Positions 37,991 through 46,971 are shown, counted from the stretch's first letter. The stretch: DNA of 64,000 nt from Branchiibius sp. NY16-3462-2 (GCF_001594145.1 NZ_LVCF01000042.1:21836-85835); one strand, 5' to 3'. Notes: generated by a model not told the origin, from the letters alone. Translations and numbers: made by a program.

Positions 37991-38373
37991 GCGTCGAGCA
38001 TGGCCTTGATCGACTCCTCGGTGTGGAAGGGTCGCACCTCGACCTTCCCGCGGCAGGCCTTCGAGCCCTGCGCCGCCAGGTCGAGAGCGACGTCCAGATC
38101 GGGTACGTCGATCACCCAGAAGCCGCCGAGGTGCTCCTTGGCCTCGAGGTAGGGACCGTCCTGCAACACCGGTGTTGCGCCCTGGCCGTCGACGGTCGTG
38201 GCGGTCGCCACCGGCTCAAGGCCGTCGGCGAAGACGAAATAGCCCTTCTCCACCAGCATGTCGTTGAAGACGCCGGTGTCGGCGAATGACTGCAGCATGT
38301 CCTCCTTGGAGGGGTAGTCACCGAACTGGTTGCGCTCGGCCGGACCGTAGACGGACATCAAATACCTGGGCAT
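37987..38373 (-). CDS. YciI/DGPF-domain protein
   Basis: MPRYLMSVYGP..., LQDGPYLEAKEHLGGFWVIDVPDLD (DGP-F/Y signature), EVRPF. ATG 38373 preceded by GGGAG. A GTG three codons upstream is the alternative start. Confidence 0.85.
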   Translation of the reverse strand: MPRYLMSVYGPAERNQFGDYPSKEDMLQSFADTGVFNDMLVEKGYFVFADGLEPVATATTVDGQGATPVLQDGPYLEAKEHLGGFWVIDVPDLDVALDLAAQGSKACRGKVEVRPFHTEESIKAMLDA

Positions 38374-38515
38374 TGCGATCACTCCCTGTCGTGGTTGGTT
38401 ACATCCTGTCCACGAACGGCCGCCCCCGGATACGACACGTCACCCCCGGGTGGGACGAGTCATTCCCGGATACGACAACTCGCCATCGGTGGCCTCCGCA
38501 GTTAGGCTTACCTTC

Positions 38516-38905
38516 GTGACTGACGCCGCGCGTATCGAGCCAGCCCCGGAGCTGGTCGAGATCGCGCACGCCTGCATGGACTTCGCGCGCGAAGGAGACG
38601 TCACCCGGCTCTCGGCGTACGTCGATAACGGAGTTCCGGTCGATCTCACCGATGCGGCGGGTAACACCCTGCTCATGCTGGCGGCCTACCACGGGCATGT
38701 AGCGGCCGTCTCGGCCCTGATCGAGCGTGGCGCTGACGTCAACCGGCTCAACGACCGCGGTCAGACGCCCTTGGCGGGAGCGGTTTTCAAGGGCGAGGAC
38801 ACCGTGGTGTGGCGGCTGCTCGAAGCGGGCGCCGACATCCACGCCGGCTCACCATCTGCTGCCCAGACGGCCGAGTTGTTCGGCCGCGGCGATTTATTGC
38901 GCTAG
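38516..38905 (+). CDS. Ankyrin-repeat protein
   Basis: Three ANK consensus units (GNTLLMLAAYHGHVAAVSALIERGADVN; GQTPLAGAVFKGEDTVVWRLLEAGADI). Start uncertain: GTG 38516 or upstream ATG 38450. Confidence 0.75.
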   Translation: MTDAARIEPAPELVEIAHACMDFAREGDVTRLSAYVDNGVPVDLTDAAGNTLLMLAAYHGHVAAVSALIERGADVNRLNDRGQTPLAGAVFKGEDTVVWRLLEAGADIHAGSPSAAQTAELFGRGDLLR

Positions 38906-39192
38906 CTCTTCTCGCGCAGGTGCTCGACCGGCGGCGGTGCGTGACCGGTCGACTTCTCGTAGAAGTCGGCCGCCTTCCGGTCCACGAACGTGCGGGTGAC
39001 CGCCATGACGGCGGCCGAGACACCAGCGAAAACCAGTGCCTCGACCGCCGACGACGACGGGTCCTTCGAAGCAAGCGGCATCGGCTTGCCGGTGACGGCC
39101 TTCCAGCCGCCCTTGGTCACGGCGCGGGAAATCCGTGACGCCACGACGCCACTCGCGAGCGCGATCAACTTCCAGCCGATGTTGCCCTTCAT
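38902..39192 (-). CDS. Small membrane-associated protein (DUF4235-like)
   Basis: 96-aa ORF MKGNIGWKLIALASGVVASRISRAVTKGGWKAVTG... matches my memory of the DUF4235 N-terminus. Two hydrophobic stretches. Confidence 0.55.
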   Translation of the reverse strand: MKGNIGWKLIALASGVVASRISRAVTKGGWKAVTGKPMPLASKDPSSSAVEALVFAGVSAAVMAVTRTFVDRKAADFYEKSTGHAPPPVEHLREKS

Positions 39193-39261
39193 GCTGTCTC
39201 CTCATCACGGGGGTGGGACTGATCCCGACCCTAGTCGGGCTGACCGCACCCCCACGAGGGT

Positions 39262-39711
39262 TCAGCGCAGTCTCTGGTGGATGTCTTCCGACATCCGGAC
39301 CACCGAGTAGTAGAACTCCAGCGTCATCCGCGCCAGCGCAAGATAAACCAGCGCGACCAGGGTGCCGAAGATGAGGACGACGAAGAAACCGCCCCACTCG
39401 CCGTTGGCGAGCATCGAGATCAATGCCCCGAGCCAGGCCAGGGCGATGACGACGGCGATCACGATGTAGACGATCCGCACGATCTTGGGGGTCGCGAACG
39501 TCTTGAACGAGAAGTCGAACAGCGAGCGCAGACCACCGCTGAGATCGTCCTGCGGCGTCGACAAGGCGCCACCGTACTGCGGTGCGGTCGGATCGACCGG
39601 CTGCTGGTAGGGCTGTTGGTAGGGCTGCTGCTGACCCGGCTGCTGGTACGGCTGCTGTGGCTGCTGACCCGGCTGCTGGAAGGGATCGTTCGGCGGGGGC
39701 TGCTCGGACAT
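39262..39711 (-). CDS. Membrane protein with Gln/Pro-rich N-terminus (DUF4282-like)
   Basis: N-terminal QQPGQQPQQPYQQPGQQQPYQQPYQQP repeats, then LFDFSFKTFATPKIVRIVY and two TM helices. Confidence 0.65.
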   Translation of the reverse strand: MSEQPPPNDPFQQPGQQPQQPYQQPGQQQPYQQPYQQPVDPTAPQYGGALSTPQDDLSGGLRSLFDFSFKTFATPKIVRIVYIVIAVVIALAWLGALISMLANGEWGGFFVVLIFGTLVALVYLALARMTLEFYYSVVRMSEDIHQRLR

Positions 39712-39805
39712 GGGGGACCTCGATCGGTAGTGGCGGATAGTCCGATCAGCGTGTCAAGAGTTCGGCCCCGCGCGGCCGCGCCACGCCGGGCGCTACCCTG
39801 GATGG

Positions 39806-39895
39806 CACGACAGGGGAGCGCACCAGGCGCTGAGAGTGCGGGACAGCCCGCAGACCCTCGAACCTGATCCGGTTAGTACCGGTGGAGGAAGTCGA
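39806..39895 (+). ncRNA. TPP (THI-box) riboswitch
   Basis: CAGGGGAGCGCACCAGGCGCTGAGAG...GACCCTCGAACCTGATCCGGTTAGTACCGGTGGAGGAAG contains the invariant CUGAGA, ACCC..GAACCUGAUC and GUACCGG..GGA elements. Ends about 30 nt before the transporter start codon. Boundaries approximate. Confidence 0.8.
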
Positions 39896-39925
39896 GCCCC
39901 TTCTCGATGACCGAGGAGGACGTCA

Positions 39926-41008
39926 ATGTCATCTGCCTATGCCCGTACGTCGATCGCTGCCGTGGTCGCGGCCCTCACCCTGGCGGGGTGCTCGCTGAGC
40001 AACTCCGGTGACGGGGGATCCACACCGAGCGGCACCGGTTCCAGCACCGTGAAGAACACCACCGTCACTCTCGTGACTCACGATTCGTGGGTCGCGGACA
40101 AGGCGTTGCTCGCGAAGTTCACCGAGCAGACCGGCTACACCGTGAAAGTGATCGCCAGCGGTGACGCCGGCCAGTTGGCCAACAAACTGGTCCTCACCAA
40201 GGGCAATCCGACCGGTGACGTCACTTTCGGTGTGGACAACACCTTCGCGACCCGCGTCGTGGATTCCGGTGCGCTGGAGGCTTATGAGCCCAAGGACCTG
40301 CCCGCAAGCGCGAAGGAGTTCGCGCTATCCGGTGACGGCGGAAAAGACCTGACCCCCATCGACTTCGGCGACGTCTGCGTCAACGTCGACAACGCGTGGT
40401 TCACCAAGAAGGGTCAGACACCGCCGGCGAACTTCGCGGACCTGCTCAAACCGGAGTACAAGAACCAGTTCGTGACACCGGCCGCCTCGTCGTCCTCCCC
40501 CGGGATGGCCTTCCTGCTGGCAACGATCGCGGAGTACGGCACCGACGGGTGGCAGGACTACTGGAAGAAGCTGATGGCCAACGGCACCAAGCTGACCAGT
40601 GGCTGGAGCGATGCGTGGAGTGTCGACTACACGGCGGGTGGTGGTAACGGATCGCGGCCGATTGTGCTGTCCTACAACACTTCGCCGGCCGACACGATCA
40701 AGGACGGCAAGGCCACGACGTCCGCCCTGTTGGACACCTGCTTCCAGTCGGTCGAGTACGCCGGCGTGCTGTCCGGAGCCAAGAACCCTGATGGGGCAAA
40801 GGCATTCATCGACTTCATGCTCGGCAATGACTTCCAGAAGGCGCTGCCCGAGGCGATGTACGTCTTCCCGGTCAACACGACCATCGCGTTGCCGGCCGCG
40901 TGGCAGCAGGCGGCGAAGGTTCCCGAAAAGCCTTTGACCGTCGACCCCGCCGAGATCACCAAGAACCGCGACACCTGGTTGCGGCAGTGGCAGGACGTGA
41001 CCTCCTAG
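39926..41008 (+). CDS. Thiamine/HMP ABC transporter substrate-binding lipoprotein (ThiB/TbpA-like)
   Basis: Signal peptide with lipobox LAGCS. Fe3+/thiamine-type SBP fold motifs. Function inferred mainly from the upstream TPP riboswitch. Confidence 0.8.
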   Translation: MSSAYARTSIAAVVAALTLAGCSLSNSGDGGSTPSGTGSSTVKNTTVTLVTHDSWVADKALLAKFTEQTGYTVKVIASGDAGQLANKLVLTKGNPTGDVTFGVDNTFATRVVDSGALEAYEPKDLPASAKEFALSGDGGKDLTPIDFGDVCVNVDNAWFTKKGQTPPANFADLLKPEYKNQFVTPAASSSSPGMAFLLATIAEYGTDGWQDYWKKLMANGTKLTSGWSDAWSVDYTAGGGNGSRPIVLSYNTSPADTIKDGKATTSALLDTCFQSVEYAGVLSGAKNPDGAKAFIDFMLGNDFQKALPEAMYVFPVNTTIALPAAWQQAAKVPEKPLTVDPAEITKNRDTWLRQWQDVTS

Positions 41009-41010
41009 CG

Positions 41011-42705
41011 ATGCCGACCACCCCGCGGACTTTTGGAACGGGATCCACGCGTCGCGCGTCGGATCGGGTGAATCCCGTTCCAAAAGTGGGGAAGGCCATC
41101 GGCTGGGGGGTGCTGGCCGCCGTACCCCTGCTGTTCCTCGCCGTCTTCTTCTTCGTCCCGGTCACCGGCATGATCGGTCGCGGGCTGCGCCCGGACGGGG
41201 TGTGGGATCTGGCGGGCGCGTGGGACGTCCTCACGCGCGCCCGCACGGCCAAGGTCATCGGCTTTACGCTGTTCACCGCGGTCGTCGGCACCGCGATCAC
41301 GGTCGCGCTCGGCGTACCCGCGGCGTATTGCCTCTATCGCTTGCGTCTTCCGGGCGCGACGCTGTTGCGCGGGCTGCTGGTGATGCCGTTCGTGTTGCCG
41401 ACCGTGGTCGTCGGTGTCGCCTTCCGGACCCTGCTGGCCGAGAGCGGCCCGCTGGGGTTCCTTGGTCTGGACGGCACCCCCACGGCGATCATCGCCGCTC
41501 TCGTCTTCTTCAACCTCTCCGTCGTGATCCGGGTGGTGGGTACGGCGTGGGCGGGCCTTGATCCCCGACCTGAGCAGGCCGCGGCGTCCCTGGGTGCCTC
41601 GCCGGGGGAGGTGTTCCGAACCATCACGCTGCCCTCCCTGCGGCCGGCGATCATCTCGGCGACGAGCGTGGTCTTCCTCTTCTGTGCCACGGCGTTCGGG
41701 GTGGTCCTGACGTTGGGTGGGGTGCGCTACTCGACGATCGAAACCGAGATCTACCTGTTGACGACGAATTTCCTTGACCTGCAAGGCGCTGCGGTGTTGT
41801 CCATCCTGCAGTTCGTCATGGTCCTGGTGTTGCTCGCGCTGGTCGGCCGGGTCCGGCGGGACGGTGCCGTCAGCGGTCAGCCGCGCCCCGCGCCGATCCG
41901 CCGCAGTGACGCCGGCCCGTTGCTGGCGCTGCTGGTCTGTCTGGTCCTTGTCATCGCACCGCTGGTCACCCTGGTCACGAGATCGCTTCACGTGCAGGGT
42001 GATTGGAGCCTGGGTAACTACCGGAACCTCACCTCGGTCACCGGTGACAACGCATTGCCGGTGACGGTGTGGCAGGCGCTGTCGACGTCGTGGCGGATCG
42101 CGGTGGACGCGACGCTCCTGGCGGTCGTCCTCGGGCTGATCGTCGCTGTTCTGGTGTCCCGTCGCCCGCGGTCCCGACGGGCGCGACGGGCGGTGGGCCT
42201 CCTCGACGGGGTCTTCATGCTCCCCCTGGGCATCTCCGCCGTCACCGTCGGGTTCGGCTTCCTCATCACCCTGGACAAGCCGCCCTTCGACTTTCGCGAC
42301 AGTGTCTGGCTGATTCCCGTCGCCCAGGCCATGGTCGCGTTGCCGTTGGTGGTGCGCACCCTCGCCCCGGCCCTGCGCAGCGTCGATCAACGGCAGCGGG
42401 AAGCGGCGGCGGCGCTCGGTGCCAGCCCGCTGCGCGTCGCGTTGACCGTCGACGTCGTCGCGGCCTGGCGGCCGTTCCTGGCGGCGATCGGATTCGCGCT
42501 CGCGGTATCGCTGGGCGAGTTCGGGGCAACGAGTTTCCTTGCGCGCCCGGATGATCCGACGCTGCCCGTGGCGATCTACCAGTTGATCGGGCATCCGGGA
42601 GCGGCGAACTTCGGGATGGCACTGGCTGCGTCGGTCGTGCTGGCGGCAGTGACAGGCACCATCATGGCGGGTGTGGACCGGCTCGGCGGACGGACGACCC
42701 TATGA
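41011..42705 (+). CDS. ABC transporter permease, two fused BPD-type domains (ThiP-like)
   Basis: About 12 TM helices with two EAA-loop regions (EQAAASLGASPGEVFRTITLP and REAAAALGASPLRVALTV). Start at ATG 41011 (MPTTPRTF), 3 nt after the SBP stop. Confidence 0.85.
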   Translation: MPTTPRTFGTGSTRRASDRVNPVPKVGKAIGWGVLAAVPLLFLAVFFFVPVTGMIGRGLRPDGVWDLAGAWDVLTRARTAKVIGFTLFTAVVGTAITVALGVPAAYCLYRLRLPGATLLRGLLVMPFVLPTVVVGVAFRTLLAESGPLGFLGLDGTPTAIIAALVFFNLSVVIRVVGTAWAGLDPRPEQAAASLGASPGEVFRTITLPSLRPAIISATSVVFLFCATAFGVVLTLGGVRYSTIETEIYLLTTNFLDLQGAAVLSILQFVMVLVLLALVGRVRRDGAVSGQPRPAPIRRSDAGPLLALLVCLVLVIAPLVTLVTRSLHVQGDWSLGNYRNLTSVTGDNALPVTVWQALSTSWRIAVDATLLAVVLGLIVAVLVSRRPRSRRARRAVGLLDGVFMLPLGISAVTVGFGFLITLDKPPFDFRDSVWLIPVAQAMVALPLVVRTLAPALRSVDQRQREAAAALGASPLRVALTVDVVAAWRPFLAAIGFALAVSLGEFGATSFLARPDDPTLPVAIYQLIGHPGAANFGMALAASVVLAAVTGTIMAGVDRLGGRTTL

Positions 42706-43709
42706 GCGGTCTCGAGGTGCGCGACGTCAGTGTCGCTTTCGATACAACGCAGGCGCTCGACGCGGTGAGCCTTGACGTTGAGACCGGCCGCATCCTGGCG
42801 GTGCTCGGTCCGTCCGGCTGCGGGAAGTCGACGCTGCTGCGGGTCATCGCCGGGCTGCAGCAACCGGGCAGCGGTCAGGTCCTCTTCGACGGGCAGGACG
42901 TCACCGGGGTGCCGACGCATCGCCGCGGTTTCGCGTTGATGTTCCAGGACGGCCAACTCTTCGAGCATCTTTCAGTCTCGGCGAATGTCGCGTATCCGCT
43001 ACGGCGGCAGGGTGTTTCGCGGCGTGAGGCGTCTGAGCGCGCCCGCGAACTACTTGATCTGGTCGGCCTCACCGGCTTCGCCGATCGGGCGCCGCGGACC
43101 CTGTCCGGCGGGCAGCAGCAACGCGTCGCCCTGGCCCGGGCCCTCGCCGCACAACCTCGGTTACTCCTGCTCGATGAACCGCTATCAGCCCTCGATCGCG
43201 ACCTGCGCGAACGACTGGCCATCGATCTGCGGCAGATCCTGTTGTCCACCGGGACGACGGCTCTGTTGGTGACGCATGATCACAGCGAGGCGTTCACCCT
43301 GGCCGATGACGCCGTACTGTTGCGCGCCGGCCGCGTGGTGCAACACGGTGAGGTGGCTGACCTCTGGCGCGGACCGGTGGACGAAGAGGCCGCGCGCTTT
43401 CTCGGCTACGGGACGATTCTGACCGGGGAGCCCGCCATCGCCGTACGTCAAGCGCTCCAGGCGCCGGGCGACGGACCCGTCGCGCTGCGGCGGGGTGCGC
43501 TGCGGGTGAGCACCGGGTCCGGTCAGTTCGCCGGGGTGGCCGGCCCATCGGCGTACGCCGCGGACGAGGTGACCGTCGAGGTGGACTTGCCAGCGCTCGG
43601 CCGCGTGCCGGTCACGGCGGAAGTGGCACCCCCGGAAGGGGCTCGTCTCGGAGTGGACCTACTGCCCGCACGGGTCGCTTTTCTGAATGTTCACAGGACG
43701 GCCACTTAG
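42702..43709 (+). CDS. ABC transporter ATP-binding protein (ThiQ/PotA-like)
   Basis: Walker A GPSGCGKST, Q-loop MFQDGQLF, signature [15 protein letters not shown], Walker B LLLLDEPLSALD, H-loop LVTHD. Start overlaps the permease stop. Confidence 0.9.
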   Translation: MSGLEVRDVSVAFDTTQALDAVSLDVETGRILAVLGPSGCGKSTLLRVIAGLQQPGSGQVLFDGQDVTGVPTHRRGFALMFQDGQLFEHLSVSANVAYPLRRQGVSRREASERARELLDLVGLTGFADRAPRTLSGGQQQRVALARALAAQPRLLLLDEPLSALDRDLRERLAIDLRQILLSTGTTALLVTHDHSEAFTLADDAVLLRAGRVVQHGEVADLWRGPVDEEAARFLGYGTILTGEPAIAVRQALQAPGDGPVALRRGALRVSTGSGQFAGVAGPSAYAADEVTVEVDLPALGRVPVTAEVAPPEGARLGVDLLPARVAFLNVHRTAT

Positions 43710-43718
43710 AATCCACCG

Positions 43719-44843
43719 GTGGCGATCTCCGAGCAGCGCGAACTCGGCGACGAGGCTGCCCTGGAACCCGGCACCTTTGCCCGAGTCGACCTCACGTCGC
43801 TACGACGACTGTCCGTCGCCGCCTACTTGGTAGTTCTGGCGGCCTATTGCATGTTCGTCGGCGTGCCCATCGACCGGGTGGGTATGACGTTGTGGATCGT
43901 TGCCGGTCTGTCCGTGCTGTGTATCGGGCGCGGCTGGCGGGCGTGGCGGATGACGCTGTTGGCCTGGCTGCCGTTCGAAGGGGTGCTTCTGGCCTACGAC
44001 TACAGCTACGGGTTCGCCGGCCGGTTCAACGGCGAGCTGGATGTGATGGGTTTCCCGATGCAGGGCGCGACCAACCTGCTCGGAATGCCGCTGCACACGA
44101 CCTTCCCGATCGAGGCTGACCGCTGGTTGTTCGGCGGCACGCTGCCTGGTCAATGGTTGCAGGAGCATCTTCGGGCGGACGGGCCGATCGGTTGGGTCGG
44201 TGTGCCGGTCACCCTCACCTACCTGTCGCACTTCGTCGTCACTCCGATGGTGGCGGTGGCGTTGTGGATCTGGAACCGGGACCGGTTCCTGAAGTGGGTG
44301 CGTGCGGTCGTGAGCCTGGCCGTGGTGGGGCTGAGCATCTACCTGCTCTTCCCGATGGCGCCACCGTGGTTGGCGACCCAGCAGGGCCTGATCCCCGGTT
44401 GGTCGATTGTGCGCGCAAACGGCGACGGCTTCCACTTCATGGGTCTACGGATCGCCCAGGACGTGCTCGCCGACGGTCAGGCGCGTTCCAACCCGGTTGC
44501 GGCCATGCCGTCGCTGCACATGGCCTTCGCGACCTTGGCGGTGCTGTTCTTCTGGTCGTCCGTACGCCGCTCGCTGCGTCCCCTGCTCCTGCTCTATCCG
44601 GCGATGATGGCGTTCACCCTGCTCTACTCCGGCGAGCACTACGCGATCGACGAGATCGCAGGGGTGCTCGCGGCGCTGTTGGTGACGGCGTTCTGGTGGT
44701 GGGTGGATCGCTGGTGGCAGCGGCGCCGGTCAGCGGGGGAAGTGCCGGACAGTCAGCGCCTGCTCGGCGCGCCCGAAGGGACCAGCCTGGTCGCTGAGCG
44801 TGGTCGAGGTGAGGCCGAGACCATTGGTGCCGAAGGAGACTGA
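43719..44843 (+). CDS. PAP2-superfamily membrane protein (Aur1/sphingolipid-synthase-like PAP2_C type)
   Basis: Multiple TM helices. C-terminal motifs AAMPSLHMAF and SGEHYAIDEIAG (the SxH and HxxxD of the PAP2 C2/C3 boxes). Confidence 0.7.
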   Translation: MAISEQRELGDEAALEPGTFARVDLTSLRRLSVAAYLVVLAAYCMFVGVPIDRVGMTLWIVAGLSVLCIGRGWRAWRMTLLAWLPFEGVLLAYDYSYGFAGRFNGELDVMGFPMQGATNLLGMPLHTTFPIEADRWLFGGTLPGQWLQEHLRADGPIGWVGVPVTLTYLSHFVVTPMVAVALWIWNRDRFLKWVRAVVSLAVVGLSIYLLFPMAPPWLATQQGLIPGWSIVRANGDGFHFMGLRIAQDVLADGQARSNPVAAMPSLHMAFATLAVLFFWSSVRRSLRPLLLLYPAMMAFTLLYSGEHYAIDEIAGVLAALLVTAFWWWVDRWWQRRRSAGEVPDSQRLLGAPEGTSLVAERGRGEAETIGAEGD

Positions 44844-45506
44844 GGTATCCAGGCCCACCCAGGGCGGCTGCGGCTGCCGCAGCAGGTGGATCGTCAGGTC
44901 GACGTTCGGGAACATCATCTCCGTGGGACGCACCCGGGTGGCTATCCCGTTGGCCAGATCCACCAGTGAGATCGCGGCCGCGGTGTCACTGATCTGTTCC
45001 TCGGCCACCACGGGGTGCGGGGTGCGGGCCCACACCTGACGCCGACCCGGCCGGCCGCCGGGTAGCGCAACGGTCTCGATGGAGGCCAGGAAACCGCCCT
45101 TCCATTCCTCGAGCGCGTCGTAGGGTTCGCCGCCGTCCGGACCAGCGGCCATCGCGGGCAACTCGACGCCGGCCACCTCGGCCACGTCGTCACTGATCGC
45201 CAGCCGCCACGCGCGAGCACGGATCCGTGGGCGGTCCTCGATGATCGCCGTAGCCTCGATGAGTTCTATGGTCCGGCCCGGGCGGATGGTCTCGACCGTG
45301 ACGGTGGTGTCGGCCAGCGGGATCAGGCCGAGGATCTCGAAACTGATCCGGGACAACTGGACCGCTGGGTTGTGCTCGTGACCGTCGATGGCGTGGGTGA
45401 TCAGGCCGGCCACCGGGGACATGTGTTGCTCATGGTCGTTCCACGCGCCCTGCACGTGCTGCGTGGGCCGGTACGTGTCGGCGCTGACGCGTTCGTAGTA
45501 GCTCAC
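44730..45506 (-). CDS. Thioesterase-like (double hot-dog, acyl-CoA thioesterase II-type) protein
   Basis: GAWNDHEQHMSPVAGLI..., RISFEILGLIP, two hot-dog-like halves, DLTIHLLR. Start uncertain: GTG 45506 or GTG 45536. Confidence 0.7.
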   Translation of the reverse strand: MSYYERVSADTYRPTQHVQGAWNDHEQHMSPVAGLITHAIDGHEHNPAVQLSRISFEILGLIPLADTTVTVETIRPGRTIELIEATAIIEDRPRIRARAWRLAISDDVAEVAGVELPAMAAGPDGGEPYDALEEWKGGFLASIETVALPGGRPGRRQVWARTPHPVVAEEQISDTAAAISLVDLANGIATRVRPTEMMFPNVDLTIHLLRQPQPPWVGLDTSVSFGTNGLGLTSTTLSDQAGPFGRAEQALTVRHFPR

Positions 45507-45687
45507 GGTGGCGAGGTTACGCGTGGCTACCTTCACCGTCTCGTGGGGCGCCGGTAAACGGCCGGTAAGCGATTCGGCTCGGTATCCGCCGGAAATCCTG
45601 AGAAAACCCTGGGAGCACTGGCGGGGCAATCATTCCCGCCGACACAGTGAACGCACCCATCCCCTTTCCCCCGAGGAGAGCATCACC

Positions 45688-46896
45688 ATGCGCAACACCC
45701 CCATGGCCGCCACGCTGCTCGCCCTGGCCACCGCCGGAGCACTGAGCGCGGGACTGCCGTCGGCGGACGCCGTCACCACCGCGAAGGCATCCGTCACCCA
45801 GGTCCACTCCTGTTCAACAACTCCCAAGGCCGGCTACGCGTCGTGCTTCGCGATCCACCTCACCAACCCCGCGACCGGCAAGTCGGTCAACGCCCGGGGC
45901 AACGCGATCACGCCGAAGGCGATCTCCGGCAAGACCCCGTCGGATATCCAGAGTGCCTACAAGCTGTCCGGCCTGACCTCCGGTGGGCGCACGGTGGCCA
46001 TCGTCGATGCTTACGGGTACCCCAACGCCGAGCGGGACCTCGGCGTCTACCGCTCGCAGTTCGGTCTGCCTGCATGCACCAAGGCGAACGGTTGCCTCAA
46101 GATCATCAGCCAGACCGGTTCCACCACTTCGCTGCCAGCGACCAACGTGGGCTGGGACCAGGAGCAGGCCCTCGATCTCGATGCCGTCTCGGCAGCCTGC
46201 CCGGACTGCAACATCGTTCTGGTGCAGGCGAAGACGGCCTCCTTCGCCAACCTGGGCACGGCGGTGAACACTGCAGCCAAGCAGACGGGTGTTGTGGCCA
46301 TCTCGAACAGCTACGGCGGTGGCGACGCGAAAGACTCGACCTACGCCAAGTACTACAAGCACTCCGGCATCGCGGTGACGGCCTCGACCGGTGACGACGC
46401 CTACCAGGGCGCCAGCTACCCGGCCTCCTCCCAGTACGTCACCGCGGTCGGCGGCACCTCGCTGACCGCCTCCTCGAACTCACGGGGTTGGACCGAATCT
46501 GCCTGGAGTGACGCGGGATCGGGCTGCTCGTCGTACAACACAGCTCCGGCCGGCCAGAGCTCATCGGTGACGCACTGCTCGGGCCGCGCCATGGCGGACG
46601 TGTCCGCCGTCGCCGACCCGAACACCGGCCTCGCGGTCTACGCACCCACCAGCGCCACCGCGTCCAGCTGGGCCCAGTACGGCGGTACGTCCCTGTCCTC
46701 GCCGATCGTCGCCAGTGTCTATGCGCTGTCCGGCAACACCTCCGGCTACGCCAACACCAAGCCCTACGCGGCGACCTCCGGACTGTTCGATGTGACCTCG
46801 GGCTCCAACGGCACCTGCAGCTACTGGTGCACCGCGAAGAGCGGTTGGGACGGACCGACCGGCCTGGGCACTCCGAACGGGGTCAGCGCCTTCTGA
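45688..46896 (+). CDS. Secreted S53 (sedolisin/kumamolisin-like) serine peptidase
   Basis: Signal peptide MRNTPMAATLLALATAGALSAGLPSADA. VAIVDAYG, GWDQEQALDLDAVSAACP (Glu/Asp of the SED triad), ISNSYGG, GGTSLSSP (nucleophile Ser). Start at ATG 45688. Confidence 0.8.
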   Translation: MRNTPMAATLLALATAGALSAGLPSADAVTTAKASVTQVHSCSTTPKAGYASCFAIHLTNPATGKSVNARGNAITPKAISGKTPSDIQSAYKLSGLTSGGRTVAIVDAYGYPNAERDLGVYRSQFGLPACTKANGCLKIISQTGSTTSLPATNVGWDQEQALDLDAVSAACPDCNIVLVQAKTASFANLGTAVNTAAKQTGVVAISNSYGGGDAKDSTYAKYYKHSGIAVTASTGDDAYQGASYPASSQYVTAVGGTSLTASSNSRGWTESAWSDAGSGCSSYNTAPAGQSSSVTHCSGRAMADVSAVADPNTGLAVYAPTSATASSWAQYGGTSLSSPIVASVYALSGNTSGYANTKPYAATSGLFDVTSGSNGTCSYWCTAKSGWDGPTGLGTPNGVSAF

Positions 46897-46915
46897 CCTG
46901 ACTCCCCACCCACGT

Positions 46916-46949
46916 CGGCCCCGCAGCTCGCGCTCACGCTGCGGGGCCG
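46916..46949 (+). terminator. Perfect 12-bp GC-rich stem-loop after the S53 peptidase gene
   Basis: CGGCCCCGCAGC-(10 nt)-GCTGCGGGGCCG read directly, 20 nt after the stop. No U-tail, which is common in actinobacteria. Confidence 0.55.
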
Positions 46950-46971
46950 ACGTCTGCCCCGTGCCCAAGAG

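Noticed and set aside
41005-42594. 529-aa minus-strand ORF over the ABC permease gene; similarly 61306-62967 and 61647-62576 over the DHA2 pump gene
   Set aside because: The translations are extremely Arg/Asp/Gly/His-rich, which is incompatible with the real membrane proteins encoded on the opposite strand.
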